DNA of 64,000 nucleotides from Cetorhinus maximus (Eukaryota): assembly GCF_964194155.1 (NCBI RefSeq), contig NC_135896.1, positions 8,184,001 to 8,248,000 on the forward strand, written 5' to 3'. Shown here piece after piece: positions 11,847 through 24,164 of this stretch (positions are counted from its first letter, which is position 1; the number at the start of each line of letters is the position of its first letter). The notes under the pieces are model-generated. The model saw only the letters and a program-made list of their open reading frames with translations. It ran no database searches and was not told the origin of the DNA. The position numbers and the translations under genes were made by a program.

Positions 11847-12419
11847 GTAAAAGCAAGTCCTAATTTATAGCCTTTATATTCCAGGAGGGTGCAGGGAGAG
11901 CTGCAAATGCCATTTTACTAAAACCCTTGGACTCTTACTTTTCATTTGTACTGTTCCCTACTTGGTTCATGTTTGATGGCCAGGTCAGAGCCAGTGTTTT
12001 TTCTTGGCTTTACTTCTTTGACCTTCATTCTATATTTTGTAAATCCGCTTCTAGTTTGCAATTTAAATGAATGTTATATGATCAAACTTCCGACTCTGTG
12101 ACAGAGCCTGGCAAGGAATGCAGAGGTGGGTTGGGTTGGATCTGACTGAGGAGATGAATTTTGTAGTGAAGTGTCTGCAGTCAAAGATGGAAAAAATGTC
12201 CCAACACATCTGGAAGACACTGCCTGATAGGGTGATGAAAGCAGGTTCAGTAGTAACTTTCCAAAGGGAATAGTTGGAAAATAAACATATTCAGGTCTAT
12301 GGAGAAAGAGCAAAGAGGGTGGGTAAAATTATTTAGCTCGTTCAAAGAGCTGGCACAAGCATGATAGGCCAGATGCTCTCCTTCTACCCACTGATTTTAT
12401 AAATGCATTTCTTTCTTCC

Positions 12420-12810
12420 ACTGTACTTGGTTAAATTTCAATTCCTAAAATTCTCATCTTTGCTTTTAAATTCCTCTCTATCCTCACCCCACCTTGTCTC
12501 CGTTCCACCCTACAACTCATGAGATATCTGCACTCCTCCAAATCTGGCATCTTTCTCATCCCTGATTTTAATCACATCACCATTAGTGGCTGTACCTTCA
12601 GTTACCATGTGCTTATGCTGTGGAATTCCCTTTTTAAGTGTCTCAGCCTCTCTACCTTCTCTTTAAGATGTTCACTAAAACCTACCTCTTTGTGACCAAC
12701 CTCTTGGTCATTTGCTTTAATATATAATTTTACTTGGAAACATGCCTGTGAAGCACCTTGGAACATTTTATCACGTCAAAGGCACTATATAAATATAAGT
12801 TGTTGCTATA
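12420..12810 (+). mobile_element. L2-type LINE 3' fragment
   Basis: TGGAATTCCC...CTTTAAGA..TAAAACCTACCTCTTTG tail, also seen at 31820-32440 (-) and 44720-44810 (+). Confidence 0.6.
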
Positions 12811-12889
12811 CATATTTGTGATCTTCAAAATCTATCCTGATGTTTTCCATTCATCTATTTTATGTGAGACACTGCTTGTTATTCTACAG

Positions 12890-13038
12890 GGCAACTGCTG
12901 CAGTTTGTACGAGCTCCTAATGGGGCCCACTACTTTATCCAGCCACACCAGCAAGTTGTACTGGCACAATCAGTGACTCAGCAGCAGGTTATTCAACAAA
13001 TGCAGTCCGGTGGTGTGCAGGCACCTGTCATACAGCAG
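12890..13038 (+). CDS. GTF2A1: GTF2A1 exon 6
   Basis: tacag|GG...CAG|gtgcgt, 149 nt; GQLLQFVRAPNGAHYFIQPHQQVVLAQSVTQQQVIQQMQSGGVQAPVIQQ. Confidence 0.94.
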
Positions 13039-14406
13039 GTGCGTACAACTGATTAGTTTTTGTCTAGACCAAGTACCAGTTTATGTTGGCAAGGAAGTGA
13101 ATAATTTCTATATTCAGGACTGTTAAGTGAAGAATGAATTTCCGGATGCTTTTCTTCAAATTGTGCCCACTTCAGACCACTACATGCTGTAAAGAAGAAG
13201 GTGGTAAATATTCTAAGCAGCGAAAGATGAGAACTATAGAGTCGCACCAGGGCAGATGGAGAGGTTTTGGATTGCTGCAGCACATAAATAATTGTGAAAT
13301 GGTTGCCTTTTGCCATGCAATCTTGTATGGCTTTATGGTTCCAACTCTTTTAAAATAAATCAAGAAGGGTGAAATCCTAATGCTTTACAAATGGATATAG
13401 TAAAAACTATATATATATATTTTTTTAAATTTGAAGTTTACAAAAAACTCCTCAGTATTGTGGACAAGAAGAAGTAAGTAGAGAGGGTCAATAAAATTAT
13501 TGCATTTTGTTCCTTATCAAGAGGAATCATAAGTTTTCAACAGGCGCCATAGATAGTGAGCCTGAATTTCCATTTAAGATTTCAGGTTTTCATTTTTCAA
13601 TTTGTTTTTTAACACCACTTTTCACTGGTGCTGTGTAAGCATCTAATTCTGGCAGCTTGCAGGTAAGACGATGCACAGGCATTTCCTTGAGTAGATCCAC
13701 TTGCAGTAAACACTGATAGCTGCTCGTTCGAGAGAGATTAGGGCAGGTTGGCATCTCTCCCCTCACTAGCTATAGAACACAGCCTCAGTTGGTCTGCAAG
13801 TGGCTGACAGAGATTGGTGCCTTATGGTGGGCGCGTCACCCTCATTCCTTACCTGTTGCACAAAGTGCTGCCCGGCAGTGTTTTTATTAGATAGGGGTTG
13901 CAGAACCAAAGAGGGTAGATGGAGTTAAGGTACGGATCAGACATGGTCTAATTGAATGGCTGAACAGGCTCAAGGAGCTGAGTGGCCTATTCCTGTTCCT
14001 GTGTTCTCAATGAATGCTGACAAAGTTTCATGGGTGAGCTTTATGAATGAAAAATACTGTATCATAAGAGAAAGGAGTCAACTCTAAGTAAATTCCTGTC
14101 AGTGATGCTAATTACTTGTGGTATTCATGTGATTTTTCTTGACTAAAACACTGCCCAATCATTTTTTTTTAAATAGTGCACTTTTGATGATGTTTAAATA
14201 CAATATGCTTTTGCTCCAGTTTATTTAATGCTGTCTGTTAAACTAGCAGTCTACAGTTCCAGCCAGATGCATATCAAATGAAAAAAAGAGAGAATCTTCT
14301 GTGAATACCAAAAGAGAGCCTATTTGGTATTTTGTCATTCGAAACATTTGAAGTATTTACACAGGAGATATATGTATAAAGCTTGATTTACTTTCTTGCC
14401 CCGTAG

Positions 14407-14511
14407 ATGCTGGCTCCACTGCCACCTGGAAGTATTCCTCAGCAAACTGGAGTGATCATTCAACCCCAGCAAATTCTTGTTGCAGGAAACAAAGTTCCTT
14501 CAAACACACAG
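14407..14511 (+). CDS. GTF2A1: GTF2A1 exon 7
   Basis: cgtag|ATG...CAG|gtacgc, 105 nt; MLAPLPPGSIPQQTGVIIQPQQILVAGNKVPSNTQ. Confidence 0.94.
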
Positions 14512-14809
14512 GTACGCTGTTCATTAAAAACTGAATGGATGGGACAAGGTGAATCAATGTTATTTACTGGAGCTATTTCATAAATGCAAAAGTAGCATGT
14601 AACTCCACAGTCTGCTTCCAATCTGACTGGGATACATTAAAACCTGATTGAGGAAGTCATCCGGCACCACTTGGCCATGGCACTTTATGACGCCTGACTC
14701 CAATGTTCCCTAACTGCAGGCTTGCCTTGTAGCCTTGCACCAAGTGTCAGCCTTCTCATTGGTGTCACAGTTATCAAGAGTTCTGTACTTTCCCCATAGT
14801 GTACAAGAA

Positions 14810-17800
14810 AGGCTCTGTCAGCATTTTGTCAACTGGTGTCAGCACCAGTACTGGGGAAAGAGGGAGCTATTTCGTTCGGACGGGCTCCACTTGAATCATG
14901 CTGGGACCAGTGTCCTGGTGAATTGCATAACTAGGATAGTAGATAGGGTATTAAACTAAATAGTTGGGGGGAGGGTTCAGTTGCATGGAAATATAAAAAA
15001 TCAAAGTTTAAGGAGAGGGTAAGAGTGCAGGTTAGTGATGAGGCTGATTGTTACCAAAAAGTGAAAGGAAGCGACAGAGTAAGTGAATGCCATATTGCAC
15101 CAAAGAATCATATGAGAGTAGGGAAAATTGACAATAGGGCAAACTTAAAGGCTTTGTATCTGCGCGTAGCATTCGGAATAAAACTAATGTGTTAACAGCG
15201 CAAATAGAGATAAATAGGTATGATTTGGTGGCGATTACTGAGACGTGGTTACAGGGGGAACAGGTTTGGAAGTTGAATATCCAAGGGTACTCAGTGTTTC
15301 AGAAGGATAGGCAGGAAGGAAAAGGAGGTGGTGTAGCTTTGTTAGTAAAGGAAGAGATCAGTGCTATAGTGAGAAATGATGTAGGCACTGGAGAGCAAAA
15401 CGTAGAGTCAGTCTGGGTAGAAATAAGAAATAGCAAGGGAAAGAAGTCCCTGGTGGGAGTAATCTATAGGTCCCCAAACATTAGTTCAGCAGTAGGGCAC
15501 AGTATAAACCAGGAAATATGGGGAGCATGTAAGAAAGGCACAGCAATAATCATGGGTGATTTTAATATGTATATAGACTGGACTAATCCAATTGGCAAGG
15601 ATAGCCTCAAGGGAGAGTTCATAAAGTGTATTGGAGATTGTTTCTTGGAGCAATATGTTGTGGAACCAACCAGGGAGCAGGCTATTCTGGATTTGGTTTT
15701 GTGTAATGAGATGGGATTAATTAATGATCTCATAGTAAAGGATCCCCTAGGGAAGAGTGATTGTAGCATGCTAGAATTTCAAGTTCAGTTTGAGAGCGAG
15801 AAACTTCAGTTCCACACTAGTGTTCTGGACTTAAACAAAGGTAACTACGTAGGCATTAGGGCAGATTTGGCCCTAGTGGACTGGGCAGGAAGACTACAAG
15901 GTAGGACAGTTAATGAACAGTGGCAGATATTTAAGGAGATAGTCAATTCCTCCCAAGTAAAATATATTCCAAAGAGGAAGAAAGATGGTAAGAGGGGGAA
16001 AAAACATCCATGGCTAAGCAAGGAAGTTAAAGATAACATAAAGGCAAAAATTAAGGCATACCAACTTGCAAATGTCAGTGGCAGGCTGGAAGATTGAGAA
16101 ACTTTTAAAGGTCAACAAAGGGTTACTAAAAAAAAATAAAAAGAGTAAAGGTAAATTATGAAAGAAAACTAGCACAAAATGTAAAATCTGATGGCAAAAG
16201 CTTCCAGATGTATATAAAAGGAAAGAGAGTAGCTAAAGTAAATGTTGGCCCCTTGGAGGATGAGACTGGGGAGCTAATAGTGGGGAATACAGAAATAGCA
16301 GGGATGCTTAATCAATATTTTGCCTCAGTTTTCACGGTGGAGGACCCTAGTACCACCCCAATAGTAACAGGTAGTACAGAGGGTATAGAGAAGGAGGAAC
16401 TTAGAACAATCACCATCACTAGAGAAAAAGTACTGAGCAAACTATTGGGACTAAAGGGTGACAAGTCCCCAGAATCTGATGGCCTACATCCCAGGGTCTT
16501 AAAGGAAATGGCAGCGGAGATAGTGGATGCATTGGTTATAATATTCCAAAATTCCCTCAATTCTGGAAAGATTCGAGTGGATTGGAAAAATGCTAATATA
16601 ACGCCCTTATTCAAAAAGGGGGGGAGGCAGAAAGTAGGAAACTATAGACCAGTTGGTTTAACGTCTGTCGTTGGAAAATTGTTGGAATCCATTATTAAGG
16701 AAGTAGTAATGGGGCATTTGGAAAGTCAAAATGCAATCCATCAGAGTCAGCATGGTTTTATGAAGAGTAAATTGTGTTTGACTAATTTGCTAGAATTCTT
16801 TGAAGATGTGACAAGCAAAGTGGATAATGGGGATCCTGTAGATGTAGTATATTTGGACTTCCAGAAGGCCTTTGATAAGGTGCCGTACAAAAGATTAATA
16901 CACAAGATAAGATCATATGGAGTTAGGGGTAATATATTAGCTTGGATAGAGGATTGGCTAACCAACAGAAAGCAGAGTCGGGATAAATGGCCGTTTTTCT
17001 GGATAGCAAGCTGTAACTAGTGGAGTGGCACAGGGTTCAGTCCTTGGGCCCCAACTATTTTCAATCTATATTAATGACTTGGATTCAGGGATAGAAGTTA
17101 CTATAGCTAAATTTGCAGATGACACCAAAATAGGTGGGAAAGTAAGTTTCAATGAAGAAATAAGATATTTACAAATGGATATGGACAGGTTAGGTGAATG
17201 GGCCAAAATTTGGCAGATGGAGTTTAACGTGGATTAGTGTGAGGTTATCCATTTTGGTTGGAAGAATAAAAAGGTGACTTATTATTTAAATGAAGAGAAA
17301 CTTCAGAATGCTTCAGTGCAGAGGGATCTGGGTGTCCTCGTGCATGAATCGCTGAAAGCTAGTATGCAGGTATAGTAGGTAATAAGGAAGGCAAATGGAA
17401 TTTTGGTACTTATTGCTAAAGGAATAGAGTATAAAAATAGGGGCGTGTTGTTGCAACTGTACAAGGCATTGGTGAGACCACACCTGGAGTACTGTACACA
17501 GTTTTGGTCCCCTTATTTGAGGAAGGATGTAGTTGCATTGGAGGCGGTTCAGAGGGGGTTCACTAGATTGATTCCGGAGATGCGGGGCTTGTCTTATGAG
17601 GAGCGATTGAGCAGTTTAAGCCTATACTTGCTAAGAGTATAGAAGGATGAGAGGAGATCTAATTGAGGTATATAAGATGCTAAAGGGGATAGACAAAGTA
17701 GATGTGGAGCAGATGTTTCCCCTTGTAGGGCATTCTAGACCGAGAGGCCATAGTTTTAGGCTAAGGGGTGGTAGATTTAAATCAGAGATGAAGAGGAATT

Positions 17801-18020
17801 ACTTTTCTCAAAGGGTCGTGAATCTGTGAAATTCACTACCTCAGAGTGCAGTGGATGCCGGGACGCTGAATAAATTTAAGGAGGAGATAGACAGATTTTT
17901 AATTAGTAACGGGTTGAAAGGTTATGGAGAGAGGGCGGGAAATTTGAGTTGAGGCTGAAATGAGATCAGCCATGAATTGCTGAATTGCCTACTCCTGCTC
18001 CTAGTTCTTATGTTCTTATG
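14810..18020 (+). mobile_element. long CR1 LINE: ORF1 esterase tail, APE endonuclease, RT and 3' tail; inactivated by stops and frameshifts
   Basis: DGLHLN (about 14880); AITETW, MGDFN, LDLVL and LGKSD in 15189..16097; NYRPV, QHGF and YLDFQKAFD in 16208..17020; QGSVLGP and KFADD in 17025..17237; (TTCTTATG)n tail near 18005-18020. Confidence 0.96.
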
Positions 18021-18271
18021 TTAACATTTGCTGGTATCCAGACCGAGGCAATGGATTCATTTGAACATTCAGGTGGTTACTAGAAGGTTGTATTTCATTG
18101 CCTCTGTTGCTTTACATGAGTTTACAGGATATGAAGCATTAAAAAGCTGCCCAAAATTGCCTGTTTCTCTATGTGACAATTAAGTATGCTCAGAATGAGG
18201 AAGACTATAAAAATGCTAGTCTACCTGTAATTTATTTTTAAAAAAATGACTTTTTAAAATAAACTTTTCAG

Positions 18272-18526
18272 GTTATGCAAGCAACCACTGTAACAGCAAC
18301 CCCTTCAACACAAGTTGGTCAGACAAACAGCTCCGCTCCTGTTCAGCAGCAGCAGCAGCAGCAGCAGCCACAACAACAGCAGCAGCAGCCGCCTTTAGTG
18401 ATGCAAGTAGATGGGTCTGGGGACACTTCTTCAGAGGAAGATGAGGATGATGAAGAGGATGAGTATGACGATGAGGAAGAAGAGAAGGACAAAGAGGAGG
18501 TTGGGGAAGATGGACAAGTTGAAGAG
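18272..18526 (+). CDS. GTF2A1: GTF2A1 exon 8 (taspase-1 site and acidic region)
   Basis: ttcag|GTT...GAG|gtaacg, 255 nt; contains LVMQVDGSGDTSSEEDEDD...EDGQVEE. Confidence 0.96.
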
Positions 18527-18675
18527 GTAACGTAACTTGTGTTTAAAACAGGTTTATACAGAAGTTAATATTCCAAGTACTGAAATTACCCTAGAAATCC
18601 CTTCATTCACCACTTGAAACCTGCTTTAAAAAAGGTCACTGAAACTATAATGTTCTGGTTTCATTATCATTCAGT

Positions 18676-18778
18676 GGCCGGGATTTTCCGGCCCCTTCAC
18701 GGGCGGGACCCGCCATGGGTGAGGCAGTGCCCCAGCCAGAAGTCCATTGACTTGTGGCAGGTGTGGAAAGTCCTGCCC
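18676..18778. mobile_element. Harbinger-type MITE
   Basis: TIRs GGCCGGGATTTTCC / GGAAAGTCCTGCCC; 3-bp TSD AGT. Confidence 0.75.
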
Positions 18779-19029
18779 AGTTTGTCCCTCATACTGGGTT
18801 AGGACACCACACACTAACTGATTCACAGGAGAATTCTCGTGTTTTACTCCACTTCTTATTGTTAAAAAAATGTATGCAATGTCCATTTTGTATCAATGAC
18901 TGACATGTGGCAATTAAGTTCAGCTTAGGGATGCAAGTTGTTTAATAAACTTTTAACAAATTTAAAGTAAAATTGAAAAAATAATAAATTAATAATCAAA
19001 AATGAATAAAAACTCACACACTATGAATT

Positions 19030-19378
19030 GCCAGGCTATACTGAAGGAGCACTGCACAGCTCTGTCCAAATTCTTGTCTTTGGGATGTGATGTTAAACCA
19101 ACTGTTTGCTTGGGTGGATGTGAAAGCTTCCATGTTACTATTTTGAAAAAGAGCAGGGGAGTTCTCCCCGGTGCCCTGGCCAATATTTATCCCTCAATGA
19201 ACATCACAAAAACAGATTATCACATTGCTGTTGTGGGAGTTTTGCTGAGTGCAAATTGGCTGCCATGTTACATATGCTCCAACAGTGACCACACTCTAAA
19301 AGTGCTTAATTGGCTATAAAACGCTTTGAGACATCTGGTGGTCATGAAAAGCACTATATAACTCCAAGTCTTTTTTTC
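19030..19378 (+). mobile_element. Deu-domain-type SINE (SacSINE1/AmnSINE-like), headless
   Basis: GAAAAAGAGCAGGGGAGTTCTCCCCGGTGCCCTGGCCAATATTTATCCCTCA core, repeated at ~37990, 41300, 43620 and 62180. Confidence 0.75.
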
Positions 19379-19544
19379 AGGGAATGAGTATTCTGTTAAC
19401 CATGAAAAGATAACATCATAGTATCTGGTCCGGAGCCACCTGAATTAGAATTCTTGTGGAATTAAGAGACCTTTTATTCCCTAAAGTATCTAGAGAAACC
19501 CTCACCCCGCACAGGGAATAAACTGCAGCTGTAAAGGGTATTGA

Positions 19545-20085
19545 TGAGGCTACACGTGGAGTATTGTGTGCAGTTTTGGTCTCCTTACCTAAGGAAGGAC
19601 ATACTTGCCCTAGAGGGAGTGCAACAAAGGTTCACAAATTTGTGGGATGAAGGGATTGTCCTATGAGGAGAGATTGAGTAGACCAGTCCTATATTCCGTG
19701 CAGTTTAGAAGATTGAGAGATGATCTAATTGGGGTATATAAAATTCTTAAGGGGATTGACAGAGTAGATGTTGTGAAAGATGTTTCCCTGACTGGGGAGT
19801 CTTGAACTAGGGGTCACAGTCTCATAATAAGGAGTTAGCTATTTAATTTTGAGGCAAGTTTTTCTTCACTTTAAAGGTTCTAACTCTTTGAAATTCCCTA
19901 CCCCAGAGAGCTGTGGACGCTCACTTGTGAGTATTTTCATGGCAGAGATTCAATAGATTTTTGGATAATAAGGAAATCGAGGGATATAGGGATAGTGGGG
20001 AAAGGTGGAGTTGAGGTGGAAGATCAGCCATGATCTTATTGAAAGGTAGAGCAGGCTAAATGGCATACTCCTACTCTTGTTTCTT
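19545..20085 (+). mobile_element. 5'-truncated CR1 LINE
   Basis: TGGAGTATTGTGTGCAGTTTTGGTCTCC through GATCAGCCATGATCTTATTGAA 3' UTR. Confidence 0.88.
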
Positions 20086-20731
20086 TGGTCAGTATGAGAT
20101 GTTTCAATATCAGTAGTCATTCCCTAAACAAACGCTCCTGTATGTTAGGCTTGTCCAGCTAAACAGCATGCTCCTACATTACAACAGTGATTACACTTAA
20201 CAGTGACTACTTTATTTGCTGCAGAGTGCTTTGGGATATCCTGTGGTCATGAAAGTTGCTATATAAATGCAAGTCTTTTTTTCATGCTCATATGGATACA
20301 GCAGCGATAAATTGCATTAATGTCACATCTTTAACATAGAAAAAAATGCCTTGAGGTGCTTTCCAGAAGTGTAATTGGACAAAAACTCCCCCTATCAAAG
20401 GAGACATTTGGAGGGGAAGGCTCAATACTTTGTCAAAAGGGAGCTTTTAGAGAAGAGGGAGATGGAAAGGCAGAGAAAATTAAAATGTGAATTTCAAAAT
20501 TTATGGCCTTGGCAGCTGAAAGCACAGCCACCAGTGGAGGCCTAAAAGGAATGAGGGATGCTCAAGAAGCCAGAATTGGAGGAATGTGGAATTCTCTGAG
20601 AATTGTTAGGCTTGTGTGTGACACATGCATGAGTCTGTTTTCACATTTAACCAGGCTTAGCTTGGCTGATCCCTGTAGCTGTTGTACATTTGTTTAAATT
20701 GTACGTTAATTGTTTTTGCCGACTTTCCTAG

Positions 20732-20821
20732 GAACCACTGAATAGTGAAGATGATGTCAGTGATGAAGAGGGCCAAGAACTTTTTGACACAGAAAATGTT
20801 GTTGTATGCCAGTATGATAAG
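20732..20821 (+). CDS. GTF2A1: GTF2A1 exon 9
   Basis: cctag|GAA...AAG|gtgaga, 90 nt; EPLNSEDDVSDEEGQELFDTENVVVCQYDK. Confidence 0.98.
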
Positions 20822-21574
20822 GTGAGAACCTAAAGAATAGAATAGAGCCTTGCACTTGTCCCAGTGCATGGGTCTTATCTAGGTTAAAGTCCTCATCAGT
20901 GTTGTGTGCTTCATTGAAAATCCCTGCGTAAACATTCCCTATGGGAAAATACAAGGTTAAAATGCCTGCCTGCACTTTCCTGTTCTTTTTCTGTGCAAGA
21001 CCAGTAGGTGGCCCTGTAATGAAAGCTAATGTTAATGTCTCCACTAACCTAGAACAGCTTCCTGTCACACCAACTTCTCCATAGCTTGTGAGCCCGTTCT
21101 CTGCTGCTTCTCAGTCCCACTGAAGCCGCTGAGCCCCGAAAATTTCTATTCCTAAATTTAAAGTTTCTACCACCATGACTTTGTGCCACTTCTGATTTGT
21201 GGCTTCATGTTCCCCTTCGTGGCTATCCTAATCACTTCACCCTATTCTCTCTCACTTGTGCCTTCTCATCTTCTGAAATTCCCAATGGCTCAGTCTGGCC
21301 CAGCCATCATCCGTCTTCAGCTTCATGAGCTTCCCCAATCACTGAGAGACTCAATGACAGCGATTCATTCTCCAACCCATCAATTGTCTGCACATGGCTC
21401 TCACAGGCTATCCCTATCCCACATAACTTTTTTTATTATAGTAGCTCTTCTGTCTTCTCGCCCGCGCCCCCACCACCCACCACACGGTTGACTGTTCAAA
21501 ACCTCAACCCTTTATCCAACTGATCTGAATTTCTCCCTCCTCAGTCGCCCCCATCGATTCCTCCCCTTTCCGTA

Positions 21575-21990
21575 CTTCACAGAATTGCCACGGCACAGAA
21601 TGAGGCAATTCGGCCCATCGTGTCTGTACTGACTCTCCAAATGAGCAATGCACCTAGTGCCACTCACCCCACCTTCTCCCGGTAGCCCTGCATATTCTTT
21701 CTTTTCAGATAATAATCCCTCTTGATTGAACTTGCCTCCACCACATTCTCAGGCAGCACATTCCAGATCTTAAACACTTATTGTGTGAAAAGATTTCCCC
21801 TCATGCCTCAATTACTTCTTTTGCCAATTAACTTAAATCTGTGCCCTCTCGTTCTCGATTCTTCCACCAGTGGGAACAGTTTCTTTCTACCTACTTTGCC
21901 TAGGCCCCTCATGATTTTGAATACATCCATGAAATCTCCTCTCAACTTTCTCCAAGGAAAACAGTCCCAACTTCTCCAATCTATCTACGT
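21575..21990 (-). mobile_element. CR1 3' fragment
   Basis: Reverse complement of a CR1 3' end, similar to 440-800 and 25680-26010. Confidence 0.8.
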
Positions 21991-22325
21991 AACTTGCTTC
22001 TTCCTCCCCTCCTATTTACCTTCCCTTCCACCCCCCCCACTTCATTATTACCTGAAATTTCCTCCCATCCTCTAACTATATCTGACTTGAGAAATTCTAA
22101 TTGTTTTTGTCTACCCATATGCAAGAGTAGATTAACAAATGCAAACTAGATTGATATCCTTTTAAACTTGGCAGAGTGCCTCAGCTGCTTAGAATAGTAT
22201 AAATAATTGAGGCCAGAGCAATAGTTTTCAGAAAATCTATATGTGAAACTTATGCAAGTTGGAAAAATAATTTTTTCCAAGTGCGTGGACTATGTTTGGC
22301 CTCCGTCATTTCTCGGCAAATGACA

Positions 22326-22849
22326 GCAATGTTAGCCAAGAGCTTACCGAGCCCACTTCCACCAGTTTTCTGCAGGTTAGACGAAAGGCACAGTGCAGAA
22401 ACCAGGGTGAAGCAAAGGGAAACCTCCTCAGACACTATCAAGTAGCTCTGTCTGAGTGTATAGATCCTGCTATTAACTGAAATGCCTTGGCTGGTCTAGC
22501 CTATCAGAATAACAGTCTATTTTTCTGGCTTGATTATAGTAAATGGGAATTGAAAAACCAACATTTTTTTTTCTGTATCTTATCCTCTGAGCTTTTCTGG
22601 TCATAGCTTACTAAAGAGGATCTGGGTCTTGCTACCCACCAGTCAGCAGAGCCAGGTCCACATGGATCAGAGGAGATCTGACCACACTCTTCCTTCAGGA
22701 AATAGCAGGATCTATACACCCAGACAGAGCTACTTGATAGTGTCTGAGGAGGTTTCCCTTTGCTTCACCCTGGTTTCTGCACTGTGCCTTTCGTCTAACC
22801 TGCAGAAAACTGGTGGAAGTGGGCTCGGTAAACTTTTGGCTAACATTGC
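22326..22849. repeat. long inverted repeat: 156-bp arms (22326-22481, 22694-22849) and 212-bp spacer
   Basis: Arms are reverse complements with about 5 mismatches by eye; the ORF track shows the same peptide IVSEEVSLCFTLVSALCLSSNLQKTGGSGLGKLLANIA on both strands. Confidence 0.95.
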
Positions 22850-24164
22850 ACTAGCACTTAGCAGTCAGGAGCATTGAAACTAGGACTGGAAATTTGGTCT
22901 TTCGATCTCTAAACTGAGATTTCGAATCATATTAATTTTCAGCACCAAAGGAGGCCTGTGCTGACTCTCTGGAAGAGCAGCCATGCTTAAGCCCTATACC
23001 CTGTTTTTGTCTGTAACCTTGCAAGTTCTTCATCCTCAAACACCAGCCCAACTCCCTTTTAAAATTATTTATGGAATCAGCTTTTACTGCCTTTTCAGGT
23101 AGAGCGTTCCAGATTCTGATAATTCTTGAGTGGAAATTTTCTCCTTATTCAGCACCCCCCCCCCCCCCCCAGATCTTTGCCAATGATTTTAAATCTGTGA
23201 CCTCGGGTTCTTAAGGTCAATTTGGTTCACCAGAAACTCTGTGAGGAACTTTTATTTTATCCCAAGCAACCTGCTAACTGGCTAGAGAACAATGTTCTCT
23301 GTTCAGTTCTCATCATGGAGCAAAAGAGGGATTCCAGGTCCCTTGCTAACAGGATGCCATCCACAAACACTTCATAAGGTTGGTCCCTTGCATGATAATG
23401 TTAGGTTTGTGGGTTTGCCCTTAATTCAACAACAAAGTTTTCTAAAGCCAATGTGAATAGCAATGGTAGGCAACACATCTAGTCTCGTTGTCCCCTCAGG
23501 CAATGGGCATGGGGGAGAGCACCATTTGGAGGTGGTATATGGGAAGCATAAGTTTGTTCAAATGTGTCAAGTTGGGAGTAAGACATTTGCAGCGTCTAAA
23601 ATAGGTATGTAATCTGGTTGAAGGCTCCCACAGCATTGAATTACAGAGCCAACATTAGGTAGTATCTCTACTTGTTCTTAGAAAAGTGAAACCTCAAACT
23701 ATCTAAAGGATGTTTCGTCCCTGAAAGACCTTCTGATCCTGGAAGGATCTCTTCCTGACAGTGACGGCAGTATCTCTGCAATCTGGTGCGCTGTTGACTT
23801 TGTAGCTCTCAAAACCCAAAGATTAGTCATAATGCTAGAACTTTATAAACTGTACAAAGTATAAGCAAAAAGTGATGCTTGAATGTAACTTTTATTAACT
23901 AATACACAAAGTACCGTGTTGGTGCAAAAACAGTTACCTAATGCAAATTAGGAAGTGTTCAGTTGAGTGCAGAATATTTTGCAAATATTTTTATGCACAG
24001 AGTTGTTTAATCTGGAACGCACTGCCTGAAAGGCTGGTGAAAGCAGACTTGAAAGTAACTTCCAAAAGGGAATTGAATATAAACTTGAAGGGAAAAAATG
24101 TGCAGAGCTATGTGGAACAAACTAGGGTGTAGGACTAATTGTTAACTCTATCAAAGAACTGCTA

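Noticed and set aside
7840-13800. Intronic H/ACA snoRNA (a SNORA79 copy is, from recollection, hosted in human GTF2A1)
   Set aside because: Hairpins near 9380-9513 and 13716-13810 and a faint resemblance at ~7843 lack a convincing two-hairpin H/ACA layout with U6 guide pockets; an Infernal/Rfam scan would decide
15189-17829. Active retrotransposon
   Set aside because: ORF2 is broken by several stops and frameshifts, and most of ORF1 is missing
22250-22877. Duplicated small protein genes on opposite strands
   Set aside because: A by-product of the inverted repeat; no recognisable domain or splice structure
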